Positions 35,380 to 44,171 of a stretch of 57,163 nucleotides of DNA are shown here, piece by piece. The notes below the pieces were generated by a model, which worked only from the letters and a program-made list of their open reading frames with translations, was not told the DNA's origin and searched no databases. The stretch's first letter is position 1. Each line of letters begins with the position of its first letter. This DNA is from a virus (lineage: Duplodnaviria; Caudoviricetes). Where the stretch lies: IMG/VR virus record IMGVR_UViG_3300037452_000193, positions 1-57,163 of that record; one strand, written 5' to 3'. Both the position numbers and the translations under genes were made by a program.

Positions 35380-36125
35380 AAGAGTGGCTCGTCGGGTTCT
35401 ACGCCCCGAGGCTCCAGCGGGCCCTCGACGGGATCGTCGATTCGCGAGCGGTCGCGAACCGGTTGGTCGGGGTGAGCGGGCTCGAGGCGCAGAAGAGTGC
35501 TCTCGGTGACCTGGCCCAGGCGGTGGCACAGAGCGCCAATCTTCGGCTCCAGCGTCTCCGGGCCGAGCTTCGACGCCTCTGGTCCGACTCCTGGATCGCA
35601 GGAGCGAAGGACGCCAGCGACCACGGTGCTCAACCGCCGGCCGACGACCCCCTCGAAAAGGCCGTGCAGTCGGTCGACTGGGCCGAGTGGACCCCGGGAG
35701 CCCCACTGCCCGAGCCTCCGGGCATCGAGAACGTCGACCAGCAGGTTGGCGCCCTCATCTCGGGCCTGAGCGACACCACCCGGGCGCAGATCGTCCAGGC
35801 GGTGAACAATTTTGTCAACGGTCGGGTCGCGCACGTTCCCTGGACTTCGGCGGACGTGGCCGCTCTGGCGGCACAGATCGCAGCCCTGCTCGACGACCCC
35901 AACCGGGCCGTAGTCATCGCCCGTACCGAGGTCAACCGGGCCATGACCCAGGGATCAGCGGATCTCTTCGCCCGAGCTGGCATCGCCATGTTCAACCTCC
36001 TGGACCACCCGACGGCCTGCCAACGGTGCAAGGACATCGCCGCGGCGAACCCTCACCCTGTCTCGGACGTCTCGGCGTTGCCCCCGATCCACCCGCAGTG
36101 CCGGTGCAGCATCGGGCCGGCCTGA
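35352..36125 (+). CDS. MuF / SPP1 gp7-like minor head protein
   Basis: RA.VIARTE..RA...C..C...PP.HP.CRC. Confidence 0.88.
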   Translation: MRPGPGGHREEWLVGFYAPRLQRALDGIVDSRAVANRLVGVSGLEAQKSALGDLAQAVAQSANLRLQRLRAELRRLWSDSWIAGAKDASDHGAQPPADDPLEKAVQSVDWAEWTPGAPLPEPPGIENVDQQVGALISGLSDTTRAQIVQAVNNFVNGRVAHVPWTSADVAALAAQIAALLDDPNRAVVIARTEVNRAMTQGSADLFARAGIAMFNLLDHPTACQRCKDIAAANPHPVSDVSALPPIHPQCRCSIGPA

Positions 36126-36135
36126 GAGGAACCCC

Positions 36136-36486
36136 ATGCGAGTCGCCTTCGATCTGGACGGCACGCTCGATGCGAGTCCCGAGCTCTGCAAGCTCCTCCG
36201 GGCCCTCAAGAAACGGGGCGACAAGATCGTCGTCCTGACCGGCTGCCATGAGGAGCCGATCACCGATGCGGACATCGACGAGAAGCGGGCCAAGCTCGAC
36301 TCTCTCGGTGTCGGAGATTCCGTCGACAAGCTCAAGGTCTACCCGCAGTCCCGGGTCGCTCAGTGCAAGGCCGAGTATTGCCGGCGCAAGGATGTCGCCC
36401 TCTTCATCGACAACAGCCTGAGGAACGCCTCCCTGGCGCCCGACGGCACCACCGTCCTCGTTCCCTGGAAGCACCTCACCGGATAG
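36136..36486 (+). CDS. HAD-superfamily phosphatase (minimal)
   Basis: FDLDGTL, VLTG, K and LFIDN motifs. GAGG RBS. Confidence 0.82.
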   Translation: MRVAFDLDGTLDASPELCKLLRALKKRGDKIVVLTGCHEEPITDADIDEKRAKLDSLGVGDSVDKLKVYPQSRVAQCKAEYCRRKDVALFIDNSLRNASLAPDGTTVLVPWKHLTG

Positions 36487-36495
36487 GAGGCCCTC

Positions 36496-36948
36496 ATGGG
36501 CACAACCCCCGCACCCTCGATCGACAATCTCTCCGCCAAGGCGAACGAGGCGCAGAAGATCACGGGCTTCCCAGCGCCCGGTACCGCCGACTCTGGTGGG
36601 TACTTCCTCGGCTTCGTCGCCTCGGGTACCGCGGCTGGAGTCAACGGCGGAGCGGGAAGCATCACGACGCCCTCCATCCCGACTTCCGGTTCATCCCACC
36701 CGGTCACCAACAACACCGGTGTCGACGTCATCGCCTACATCACCGGGGGGACTGTCACTGTCGTCAACGTGGACGGCGTGACCACGGGCGCGACCTCGGG
36801 TCCCTTCTACATCCCGAGCGGGGGGACCATCTACATCACCTATTCGGTGGCGCCAACCTGGGTGTGGGCCCCGGCCGCGGCCCCGGCCGGCTTCATCCAG
36901 GCCATCGTCAACGGCAACGTGGTCAAGATCCCGTACTTCAACGCCTGA
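36496..36948 (+). CDS. Virion structural protein
   Basis: AGGAGG RBS. G/T-rich, ends in KIPYFNA. Confidence 0.65.
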   Translation: MGTTPAPSIDNLSAKANEAQKITGFPAPGTADSGGYFLGFVASGTAAGVNGGAGSITTPSIPTSGSSHPVTNNTGVDVIAYITGGTVTVVNVDGVTTGATSGPFYIPSGGTIYITYSVAPTWVWAPAAAPAGFIQAIVNGNVVKIPYFNA

Positions 36949-37289
36949 TGGCCATTCTCCTCGCCCAGGTCCCCACCGCCGAGACGGCGAGTGGGGTCTC
37001 GGCCGTCCTCCAGGCCCAGGCGCTCAACTATCTGGCGGTCGACATCAACGTCTCCACCGTCACCGGGACGACGCCCTCGTGCACCTTCGTGGTCGAGCGA
37101 CAGGGCGCTGACGGCAACTGGTATGCCATCTGGACCTCTTCGGCGGTCACCGCGGCCGGCTCGACCTCGACCAGTATCGGGCCGGGCTGCGCGACGGATC
37201 AGGTCTTCACCTCGAACATCCGCTTGCGCTGGACAATCACGGGAACCACCCCGAGCTTCACCTTCTCGGCCTCCATCATCGGGAAGTGA
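36948..37289 (+). CDS. Virion structural protein (beta-sandwich)
   Basis: V..V.GTTPS...DG.WY...R.RWTI.GTTPSFTFS. TGATG coupling. Confidence 0.7.
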   Translation: MAILLAQVPTAETASGVSAVLQAQALNYLAVDINVSTVTGTTPSCTFVVERQGADGNWYAIWTSSAVTAAGSTSTSIGPGCATDQVFTSNIRLRWTITGTTPSFTFSASIIGK

Positions 37290-37576
37290 GCACCCGGGCA
37301 GCCAAGCGCCGGCAGAAGGACATCGACCAGGCCGCGACCCGGCTGCTCAAATCAGGGGTGCTGCCTTCTGCAAGCGCCGAAGGTGAGGTTCACCTCACTC
37401 GGACCCAACAGCGTCAGCTGATGCGGTCCCTCGGCTGGCGCGGGTCGAAGGCGCAGCGGCACAACGTCGAGCGCGGGCTCAAGCGGTTCGGTGAAGTCAT
37501 GCTGGTCGAGCAAGCCTTGGACCGGGCCCAAGACCGCGTCGACCACCCCGTCCGGTCTCGTCTCAGGAGGCGATGA
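37286..37576 (+). CDS. Basic hypothetical protein
   Basis: Coupled to genes on both sides. Confidence 0.5.
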   Translation: MSTRAAKRRQKDIDQAATRLLKSGVLPSASAEGEVHLTRTQQRQLMRSLGWRGSKAQRHNVERGLKRFGEVMLVEQALDRAQDRVDHPVRSRLRRR

Positions 37577-38022
37577 TGGGCAAGATCGCCAACGGTACCG
37601 TCCTCAAGGCGGCGGAAGAGGACCGGTTCCTCCTCCTCGTGGCCTACAGCCCCAACCGGATGCCCCACAGGGGCGCGGATGGGGCCATCGACATCGTCCA
37701 GCCCCGCGTGCTCGAAAAAGCGTGCTGGCGGTTCATGGACAACGGCGCCAAGGTCGGCCTCTGGCATGAACCGGGCCACGGAGACGCAGCGCGGGTCGTC
37801 GAGAACTACATCTACCGGAACCCCGTTCCGTGGGTGATGAAGTCGCCGGCTGGGGTCGAGGAGATCGTCCAGGAGGGTGATTGGGTGACTGGGATGATCC
37901 TGACGCGGCCCACCTGGAAGCTGTACAAGGCGAATCTGATCGGTGGGGCCTCACCGCAGGGCGCGTGCAGTCGCGTCGAGCCGAGGCCCGAGACCCTTGA
38001 ACGAGTGAGGAGCAGGTCATGA
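37573..38022 (+). CDS. XkdF-like putative prohead protease
   Basis: AY.P.....DG..D......LEKA.W.FM.....H......VVE.YI...GDW. Confidence 0.75.
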   Translation: MMGKIANGTVLKAAEEDRFLLLVAYSPNRMPHRGADGAIDIVQPRVLEKACWRFMDNGAKVGLWHEPGHGDAARVVENYIYRNPVPWVMKSPAGVEEIVQEGDWVTGMILTRPTWKLYKANLIGGASPQGACSRVEPRPETLERVRSRS

Positions 38023-39695
38023 CGGACACCCTGGACGACGCGGCCAAGAACGGCATCACCGAGTTCGACGTGCTCGACCCGACGGAACTCCATCTCGTCG
38101 GTGCCGGCGCCAACGGGTTCACCGCCCTGGCCGCCAAGAGCGCAGCCACGGTGATCGACGAGAGCGGGGACCTTTCGAAGGCTCGGTTCGCCGGGTTTTG
38201 CGGCGTCCCTGATTGTGTCGTGTGCAAGGGCCGTTTCGGCAAGGGTTTCGACACCCTCATCGAGCGGGCCGGCAAGAAGCGCCTCAAGGCCAAGGACCGC
38301 CGGGCCCTGCCGAAGGGTGCTTTCGCCATCCCCGAGAAGGCGCCGGGGCCCGGCTCCTACCCCATCCACGACGAGTCCCACGCCCGGAGTGCGCTTTCCG
38401 AACTCCACAACGCCTCACCGGATGAACAGAAGAGGATCAAGGCTGCTGTGCACCGCCGTTATCCGAACATCGACATGGAGAAAGCCTCTCAGAACTCCCA
38501 CGAGGACGGCCCCACGCCCTCTCCGAGCGGCTCCGAGGGGCAGACTCGCCAGAACCACCCCCACATGGGCGCCGTGCACATGGAGGTCACTCCGGAGGGC
38601 TACAAGGTCACCATGCCCACCTTCGCCGGCCACCCGGCGCCGAGTGCCGACCAGGAGGGCCACGGGTCGACCGCTCCGAACAAGACCATCCCGAAGGGCG
38701 AGGCCCTGAGCCAGACGCGCGGCAACACCCGCAAGGGTGGGGATGGCCACGGGACTCCCGCTCCTGGGGGAGACGCTGACGCCGACGCAGCAGAGCGCGA
38801 GGCGCGGGAACAGACCGAGGAACTCACCCGTAAGGCCCGCGAGGTTCTCGTGGCCCGAGGAATGACGTCCCCGGACGACAGAGCGAAAGAGATCGCGGCG
38901 ACTCTCATGGCCCAAAAGGCCGCCGGGGACGCGGCCTGGGAGCAGCACGATGCCGACGTTGCCGAACACATCGGTGAACTGGCGCAAGAGCTCGAAGAGC
39001 GAGAAAAGGCAGAACAGAACACGACCAAGGAGATTGAAGACATGACCCCTGAGGAGCTCACCAAGATGCTCGACGAGCGCGACGTGGCTCGTCGGGCCGC
39101 CAAGCAGCAGAAGAAGGAAGCGGCGAAGGCCAAGGCCGACGCCAAGAAGGCCAAGATGAAGGCCAAGGCCGACGCCAAAGCCAAGGCCAAGCAGGACGAG
39201 ATGGATGTCGAGAAGAGGGCGATCCTCGAGAAGGCAGCCGTCGATCCGCAGTTCGCAGCCGATCTGCACGTGCTCAAGCAGGCCAAGAAGGACCGAAAGG
39301 CCGCCAAGAAGGCAGCGAAGGGTCCGGCCCTGCCCGAGTCCGTGCTCAAGGATCTGGCGGGCATCAAGGAGCTGGTCGAGAAGGTGGCCGGCACCCCCAT
39401 GCCCATCCCCGTCCTCAACGAGGCCGGTATCCGTTCCGCAGGCGGCGTGCCCGCCCTGCGGGGGACACCGGGCGGCGAGGGCGGCGCGTTCAAGGCCCTG
39501 GAGGACAAGGTCGCCAAGGCCGCCGAGAGCGGCACGGTCGAAGAGTTCTCCAAGGCACAGTCCGAACTGACCACGGCCCGGTTGGTCGCCTTCGAGCGAC
39601 TCCGTGCAGGTGGCCTGTCGGACGCCGAGGCCATGGCCCGGGTGGGCGGTACGCCGCGCCCCGGTTCTCCGGCCGCCCTCGCAGGCGCACGCTGA
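38019..39695 (+). CDS. Scaffolding / head maturation protein
   Basis: ELHLV..GANG N-terminus, R..LP..AFA.P....YPIHD..HAR.A module, K/A-rich coiled coil. Directly upstream of the capsid gene. Confidence 0.7.
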   Translation: MTDTLDDAAKNGITEFDVLDPTELHLVGAGANGFTALAAKSAATVIDESGDLSKARFAGFCGVPDCVVCKGRFGKGFDTLIERAGKKRLKAKDRRALPKGAFAIPEKAPGPGSYPIHDESHARSALSELHNASPDEQKRIKAAVHRRYPNIDMEKASQNSHEDGPTPSPSGSEGQTRQNHPHMGAVHMEVTPEGYKVTMPTFAGHPAPSADQEGHGSTAPNKTIPKGEALSQTRGNTRKGGDGHGTPAPGGDADADAAEREAREQTEELTRKAREVLVARGMTSPDDRAKEIAATLMAQKAAGDAAWEQHDADVAEHIGELAQELEEREKAEQNTTKEIEDMTPEELTKMLDERDVARRAAKQQKKEAAKAKADAKKAKMKAKADAKAKAKQDEMDVEKRAILEKAAVDPQFAADLHVLKQAKKDRKAAKKAAKGPALPESVLKDLAGIKELVEKVAGTPMPIPVLNEAGIRSAGGVPALRGTPGGEGGAFKALEDKVAKAAESGTVEEFSKAQSELTTARLVAFERLRAGGLSDAEAMARVGGTPRPGSPAALAGAR

Positions 39696-39744
39696 CCTCA
39701 GTCAGCGTCCCCGCACACGACCCAAGAGAGAGGAGGAGCCCACC

Positions 39745-41271
39745 ATGAGTTGGGGCTCTGACACCCTCGGTATCACCGAGGAGACGATGGAGATGGTGAA
39801 GGCCGCCACAAGCGGCATCACGACCTCCACCGGCATCGCGGGCGTGGTGCTCGACCCGAAACTGTTCTCATTGGTCCCGGTCGACACCCCGTTCTTCAAC
39901 AGCACCCCCCGCCGTCCGGCGGACATGGGTGCGAGGTTCGCCTTCTGGCAGACCTTGCTCAACATCAACAACCAGCAGCCCGACATCGGTACCCCGTTCG
40001 AGCAGGCCGGCCAGTTGGTCCTCATCCAGGACCAGTACCTCGCCGCCCAGTTCGTGCCCATGGCACTCGGCGGCACCGTGTCGGAAGACGCGCTGGCGAC
40101 GGCCCAGGGCTACGCGGATGCGCTGGCTGTGGACACGCTCCAGACCATCAACCAAGTGCTGATCGGGATGGACATCCACCAGCTCAACGCGCAGAACTTC
40201 GCGCTGCCCACGGCGGGTACGCCCACACTCACCGCATCGACCACGGGCGGCTCCATCGCCGCCACGACGACGGTGTACGTGAAGGTGGCGGGCCGATCCG
40301 GGGTGAACTACTACCGAGGTGGATCGCAGACGGCATCGTCCGAAGCGAGCACCACCACGGGAGGCTCGACCGCCACCAACTCCGTTGCAGGCTTCGTCAC
40401 CGCCATCAAGGGTGCCGCGGCGTACGACTGGTACGTGGGGTCGACCTCGGGAGCGGAGTTCTACTACACGACCACGACGACCAACACCGTCACCATCACG
40501 ACGATCCCCACGGCGGCACAGCTCGTGCCGTCGCTGTCCGGCATCTATCACGCCGGCCTGGCGGGACCGTCCGCAGTGCCGACGGCGGACTCGTCGTACC
40601 AGTCGTACTGGCAGAACGGACTGACCGCCTCGATCCTCGGGGACTATGCCTCGCAGCCTGACCAGTTGGGTGCCGGCCTGACGTTCACCAACTTGGTGAC
40701 GCCGGGATCGGGGACCACCCAGGGTGCTTACTACTCGTCCCTCGACGGGGCGCAGTTGAGCGTGCAAGGTGCTGCTCTCGAGCAGATCGACGTCATGAAC
40801 CGGGCGATCTACGACACCTATCAGGTGACGCCGACCCGTCTGCTCATGGGGTCCCAGTCCATCAACGACATCGCCAACGCGCTGTTGGACAACCCGCAGG
40901 CCGTCACCTGGCTGGTGCCGACCGACGCCTCCGGGAGAGCCCGACTCGTGGCCGGCGGTGCCGTGGCCGTCTATCTGAACAAGACGGTCAATGGGAAGCC
41001 GATCACCCTCGAGCTTCACCCCCACCTGCCTCCAAGCCAGATCATCGCTGTGGTCGACGAGGTGCCTTTCCCGGGCGCCAACATCTCCACGGCGATCTCC
41101 GTCGAGACGCTGATCGACTTCTGGCGCTTCGACTATGGGACCTCGCGCGTGCCGAACACCGCCAACGGTGGCCCTCGGTACGACTTCGAGATCCGCTCGC
41201 TCCAGGCCCTGGAGAACAAGGCAGCCCCGGTCATGGGGATCCTCGACAACATCGGCGCAGGCATCGCCTGA
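39745..41271 (+). CDS. Major capsid protein with Thr-rich Ig/FN3-like insertion
   Basis: AGGAGG RBS. LVPVDTPF.N..PR and ...HP.LP...I..L.NI. Followed by a strong hairpin. Confidence 0.85.
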   Translation: MSWGSDTLGITEETMEMVKAATSGITTSTGIAGVVLDPKLFSLVPVDTPFFNSTPRRPADMGARFAFWQTLLNINNQQPDIGTPFEQAGQLVLIQDQYLAAQFVPMALGGTVSEDALATAQGYADALAVDTLQTINQVLIGMDIHQLNAQNFALPTAGTPTLTASTTGGSIAATTTVYVKVAGRSGVNYYRGGSQTASSEASTTTGGSTATNSVAGFVTAIKGAAAYDWYVGSTSGAEFYYTTTTTNTVTITTIPTAAQLVPSLSGIYHAGLAGPSAVPTADSSYQSYWQNGLTASILGDYASQPDQLGAGLTFTNLVTPGSGTTQGAYYSSLDGAQLSVQGAALEQIDVMNRAIYDTYQVTPTRLLMGSQSINDIANALLDNPQAVTWLVPTDASGRARLVAGGAVAVYLNKTVNGKPITLELHPHLPPSQIIAVVDEVPFPGANISTAISVETLIDFWRFDYGTSRVPNTANGGPRYDFEIRSLQALENKAAPVMGILDNIGAGIA

Positions 41272-41287
41272 CCACCACCGATCCGGA

Positions 41288-41320
41288 GGGGGGCGCGGGC
41301 CCGGGATACCCGCGCCCCCC
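41288..41320 (+). terminator. GC-rich hairpin after the capsid gene (terminator or mRNA stabiliser)
   Basis: GGGGGGCGCGGG...CCCGCGCCCCCC perfect 12-bp stem. No long U-tract. Confidence 0.7.
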
Positions 41321-41350
41321 ATTCGGGCCTGAATCAACAAGGAGCCAACC

Positions 41351-41707
41351 GTGTACATCAAGGCCTTTCGTGAACAGCAAGTCCGGGTGCAGGACCCTCT
41401 TCGCCCCGGCCGCCGTGTCTTCGAGACCCGGCTGATCCCTTCAGGAGCAAGCACTCTCAGCCACCCCGACGGCAAGGGCGGCATGGACCACTACGAAGCC
41501 GACGAGGACGGGTGGCTCGACGCTCCCCACGAACTCGCTGCGTTCGTCCGCAACTTCCGCGGTCCTTCGGGAGAGCGGTGGTACACCCCCGACGAGGTCG
41601 GGGAAGAGGTCGCCTCTGGCCGCATCCAGGCCGATCCAGCCGATGAACTCCCCGCCAGTGGGGCCAAGACGACCAAGAAGGCCGCAGCGGCCTCCGCCGA
41701 CGCCTGA
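41351..41707 (+). CDS. Hypothetical head-associated protein
   Basis: AAGGAG RBS, GTG start. Confidence 0.65.
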   Translation: MYIKAFREQQVRVQDPLRPGRRVFETRLIPSGASTLSHPDGKGGMDHYEADEDGWLDAPHELAAFVRNFRGPSGERWYTPDEVGEEVASGRIQADPADELPASGAKTTKKAAAASADA

Positions 41708-42192
41708 GAGTCGTCGTCGCCCACACGGGCATCCATCCGGCCACGGAGCGGTCGGTCAGGGAACTGGCCCCCAGGGCTGAGTGGCGAGACGTGTCTCGGA
41801 GCACCCTGGCCTACAGCGAGCTCCTGGCCGAGCTCTGGCGTGAGGCCGAGGACTTCCTCGTCGTCGAGCACGACATCGAGCTCACGGCCGAGGCGCTCCG
41901 AGAAGCCCTCGAATGTCCGTGCGAGTGGTCCACGAGCCCCTTCCCTTCCCCGGGGCCGTCCCCCTTCACCATGTCGCTCGGGTGTACGCGCTTCCGGAAG
42001 TCCCTCATGGAGCAGCTTCCGCAAGCCGTTGACCGAGCCAACCGGATCGACGACTCGGGGTCCGTGTGCCCGCCGGGCCATTGGAAGCTTCTCGACGCTC
42101 GGCTCTACTCGGTCCTCCGGGGGACGGCGCCGGACCTGCGCTCCCCGCATCTCCACTCTCCGGTGCCTCACCACCACGAGTACCCGAGGTGA
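41704..42192 (+). CDS. Minimal GT-A-like glycosyltransferase candidate (start CTG 41704 or GTG 41791)
   Basis: RVVVAHT, FLVVEHDI (DxD-like), LGCTRF, W..LD and C-terminal His cluster. Confidence 0.55.
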   Translation: MRVVVAHTGIHPATERSVRELAPRAEWRDVSRSTLAYSELLAELWREAEDFLVVEHDIELTAEALREALECPCEWSTSPFPSPGPSPFTMSLGCTRFRKSLMEQLPQAVDRANRIDDSGSVCPPGHWKLLDARLYSVLRGTAPDLRSPHLHSPVPHHHEYPR

Positions 42193-42193
42193 C

Positions 42194-42382
42194 ATGGGCA
42201 AGCAGAAGATCGAGTCTCAGGACACCATCGACACGGCCACCCATTTCCTCCACCGGCTTCAAGCTGACGGGTGGGCGCTCGAAGGCCTCGAGCAGGAGAT
42301 CGAGTACGCCCAGGCCCGCCCCGGCGGTCCGAAGCTGGTCATCGGCTCGGTGGTGACCATCAAGCTCATCCCGATCCGCTGA
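42194..42382 (+). CDS. Small hypothetical protein
   Basis: GAGGTG RBS. MGKQKIESQ... Confidence 0.55.
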   Translation: MGKQKIESQDTIDTATHFLHRLQADGWALEGLEQEIEYAQARPGGPKLVIGSVVTIKLIPIR

Positions 42383-42391
42383 GGAGACGCC

Positions 42392-43396
42392 GTGGCCCTG
42401 CCCTACACGCCGGTGGTCCTCTCCGCCCCCATCGTCAACCCGTCCGTGGGATCAGTCGGCGGAACGACGATCCCCTACATCTCGAACTCCCAATACACCT
42501 TCGCTCCGACCGCGATGAACGTGCAGAACATCGGGCCGGGCCCGGTTCAGAACGCACAGATCCTGGCCGACACCATTCGTCGAGCGTCGCGGTGGGCCGA
42601 CACCATTTGTTTCGGCGCGGACGTTGCCTCGACCGGGGCGGGGCTGGCAGCGGGGCTCTCCGTCGAATCGGTGAACGTGAGGCTGAAAGGCGGTGTTCTT
42701 CGCCTGGTCTGCGACTACCGCCCGATCCAACAGGTGATCGGGGTGGACGTCGGCCCCGACCCTTCCAACGTCGCTTCGATCGGGCCGAACATCGCCGCAT
42801 CCGTCTCCATCGGACGGCGCACGATCTTCGTGCCCTTCGTGGGCATCCCGATCCGAGCCGGGGATGTCGGGAGTCCTGTTCCCTATTCCGCCTACCCGGG
42901 TGGGACCGTGTACGCGGTCTGGTCCTATGTCTATGGCTACGCCCACACCGAGCTCGTCGCGGACGTCGCGAAAGGCGCAACCTCCTGCGTGGTGCGGGCC
43001 ACCAACGGGACCGGGGGTGTGTGGGGAGTGTTCCCCAACATCACCTCTCTGCTCATCTCGGACAGCGAGAACACCGAGACGGTGATGGTGACGGGGGTCA
43101 CTACAGGGTCGGACACGACGACGCTGACGACCACTCCCTTCGACAACGCCCATACCCTGCCTGAGTCGCCCGACTTCATTCCCGTCTCCGCCTTGGGGGA
43201 CGACATCCACCAGGCTGTGATCTCTCTGACCACCATGGTCATCAAGCTCCGAGGCGTGGGTTCGATGGTCATGCCCTCTGCGCCAGGAGGGAAGCCCTCG
43301 GGGAAGGCCTTGTCTCAGGCCGGCGCTGAGGGGGACTGGGGGACAGCCTGTCGGCTGCTCACTCCCTACAGGATCCGAAACAAAGCCAAGGTCTGA
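42392..43396 (+). CDS. Head-to-tail adaptor with inserted beta-domain
   Basis: PYIS..Y...PT, I.RASRWAD.IC, Y.YG, DI.QA, LL.PY. Confidence 0.75.
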   Translation: MALPYTPVVLSAPIVNPSVGSVGGTTIPYISNSQYTFAPTAMNVQNIGPGPVQNAQILADTIRRASRWADTICFGADVASTGAGLAAGLSVESVNVRLKGGVLRLVCDYRPIQQVIGVDVGPDPSNVASIGPNIAASVSIGRRTIFVPFVGIPIRAGDVGSPVPYSAYPGGTVYAVWSYVYGYAHTELVADVAKGATSCVVRATNGTGGVWGVFPNITSLLISDSENTETVMVTGVTTGSDTTTLTTTPFDNAHTLPESPDFIPVSALGDDIHQAVISLTTMVIKLRGVGSMVMPSAPGGKPSGKALSQAGAEGDWGTACRLLTPYRIRNKAKV

Positions 43397-43917
43397 TGGG
43401 GCGGGCTCAGGTCCGAGAAGAGATCACGGCGCAGATCCAAGATCTGCAGATTCCGAACGTGGGAACCGTCTTCCCCGCTCGGCCTGTGATCTTGAAGGAA
43501 TCGGACTACACCGAACGGATGAACGGCGAGGCCGTCTCCTACTCGGGGAACGGGTCGGGCTGCGTCATCGTCGTGAACCTCCCCACCGACCGGCGCGAGC
43601 GCATCGCTTTGACCGGGATTGGGTCGGTCAACGACTTCGACAAGCACGCCATCGCCCTCGAGCTCTTCTTCGCTTCCACCTATGGGGCGGGGATCGAAGC
43701 CCAACAGGACTACGACGCCATTGTCGACATCCTCATCCCCGCCCTGAGAGCGAAGGCTGTACCGGGTCCAGCGATCTGGATGGCTGGTGGAGAAGTGGGG
43801 ACAGGCATCGAGCACTCGATGGACGAGCCCTACACCCCTGAGGACGGGAACACCATCCTCATCAACGGAATCATCCGCTACGAGGCTTGGGAACAGCTCG
43901 TCGGCGTCGGCGTCTGA
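43396..43917 (+). CDS. Tail terminator / neck protein
   Basis: Position before the tail tube. R..VRE.I...I...I..V..V pattern. Confidence 0.65.
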   Translation: MGRAQVREEITAQIQDLQIPNVGTVFPARPVILKESDYTERMNGEAVSYSGNGSGCVIVVNLPTDRRERIALTGIGSVNDFDKHAIALELFFASTYGAGIEAQQDYDAIVDILIPALRAKAVPGPAIWMAGGEVGTGIEHSMDEPYTPEDGNTILINGIIRYEAWEQLVGVGV

Positions 43918-43928
43918 AAGGACAACCC

Positions 43929-44168
43929 ATGACTGTGACCGTCACCAACACAGACACGATGACGCGCTACTGGCCGCGCATCCCCGATCCAGGGACTGGG
44001 CGTCCCCTGACCCTCGAGCCAGGCGAATCAGCAGACATCGACGACCTACCCGATGACTTCGAGGACCCCTACCTCACGGTCAGCCCCCAGCAGAACGCTC
44101 CGATCGTCCCACCCCCCGTTCCGAGTCCACCAGCGGCAACCGAGCCGGCCGCCTCAGAAGAGGAGTAA
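43929..44168 (+). CDS. Small tail-associated protein
   Basis: AAAGGA RBS. L..EPGE..D and a Pro-rich tail. Confidence 0.6.
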   Translation: MTVTVTNTDTMTRYWPRIPDPGTGRPLTLEPGESADIDDLPDDFEDPYLTVSPQQNAPIVPPPVPSPPAATEPAASEEE

Positions 44169-44171
44169 CCG

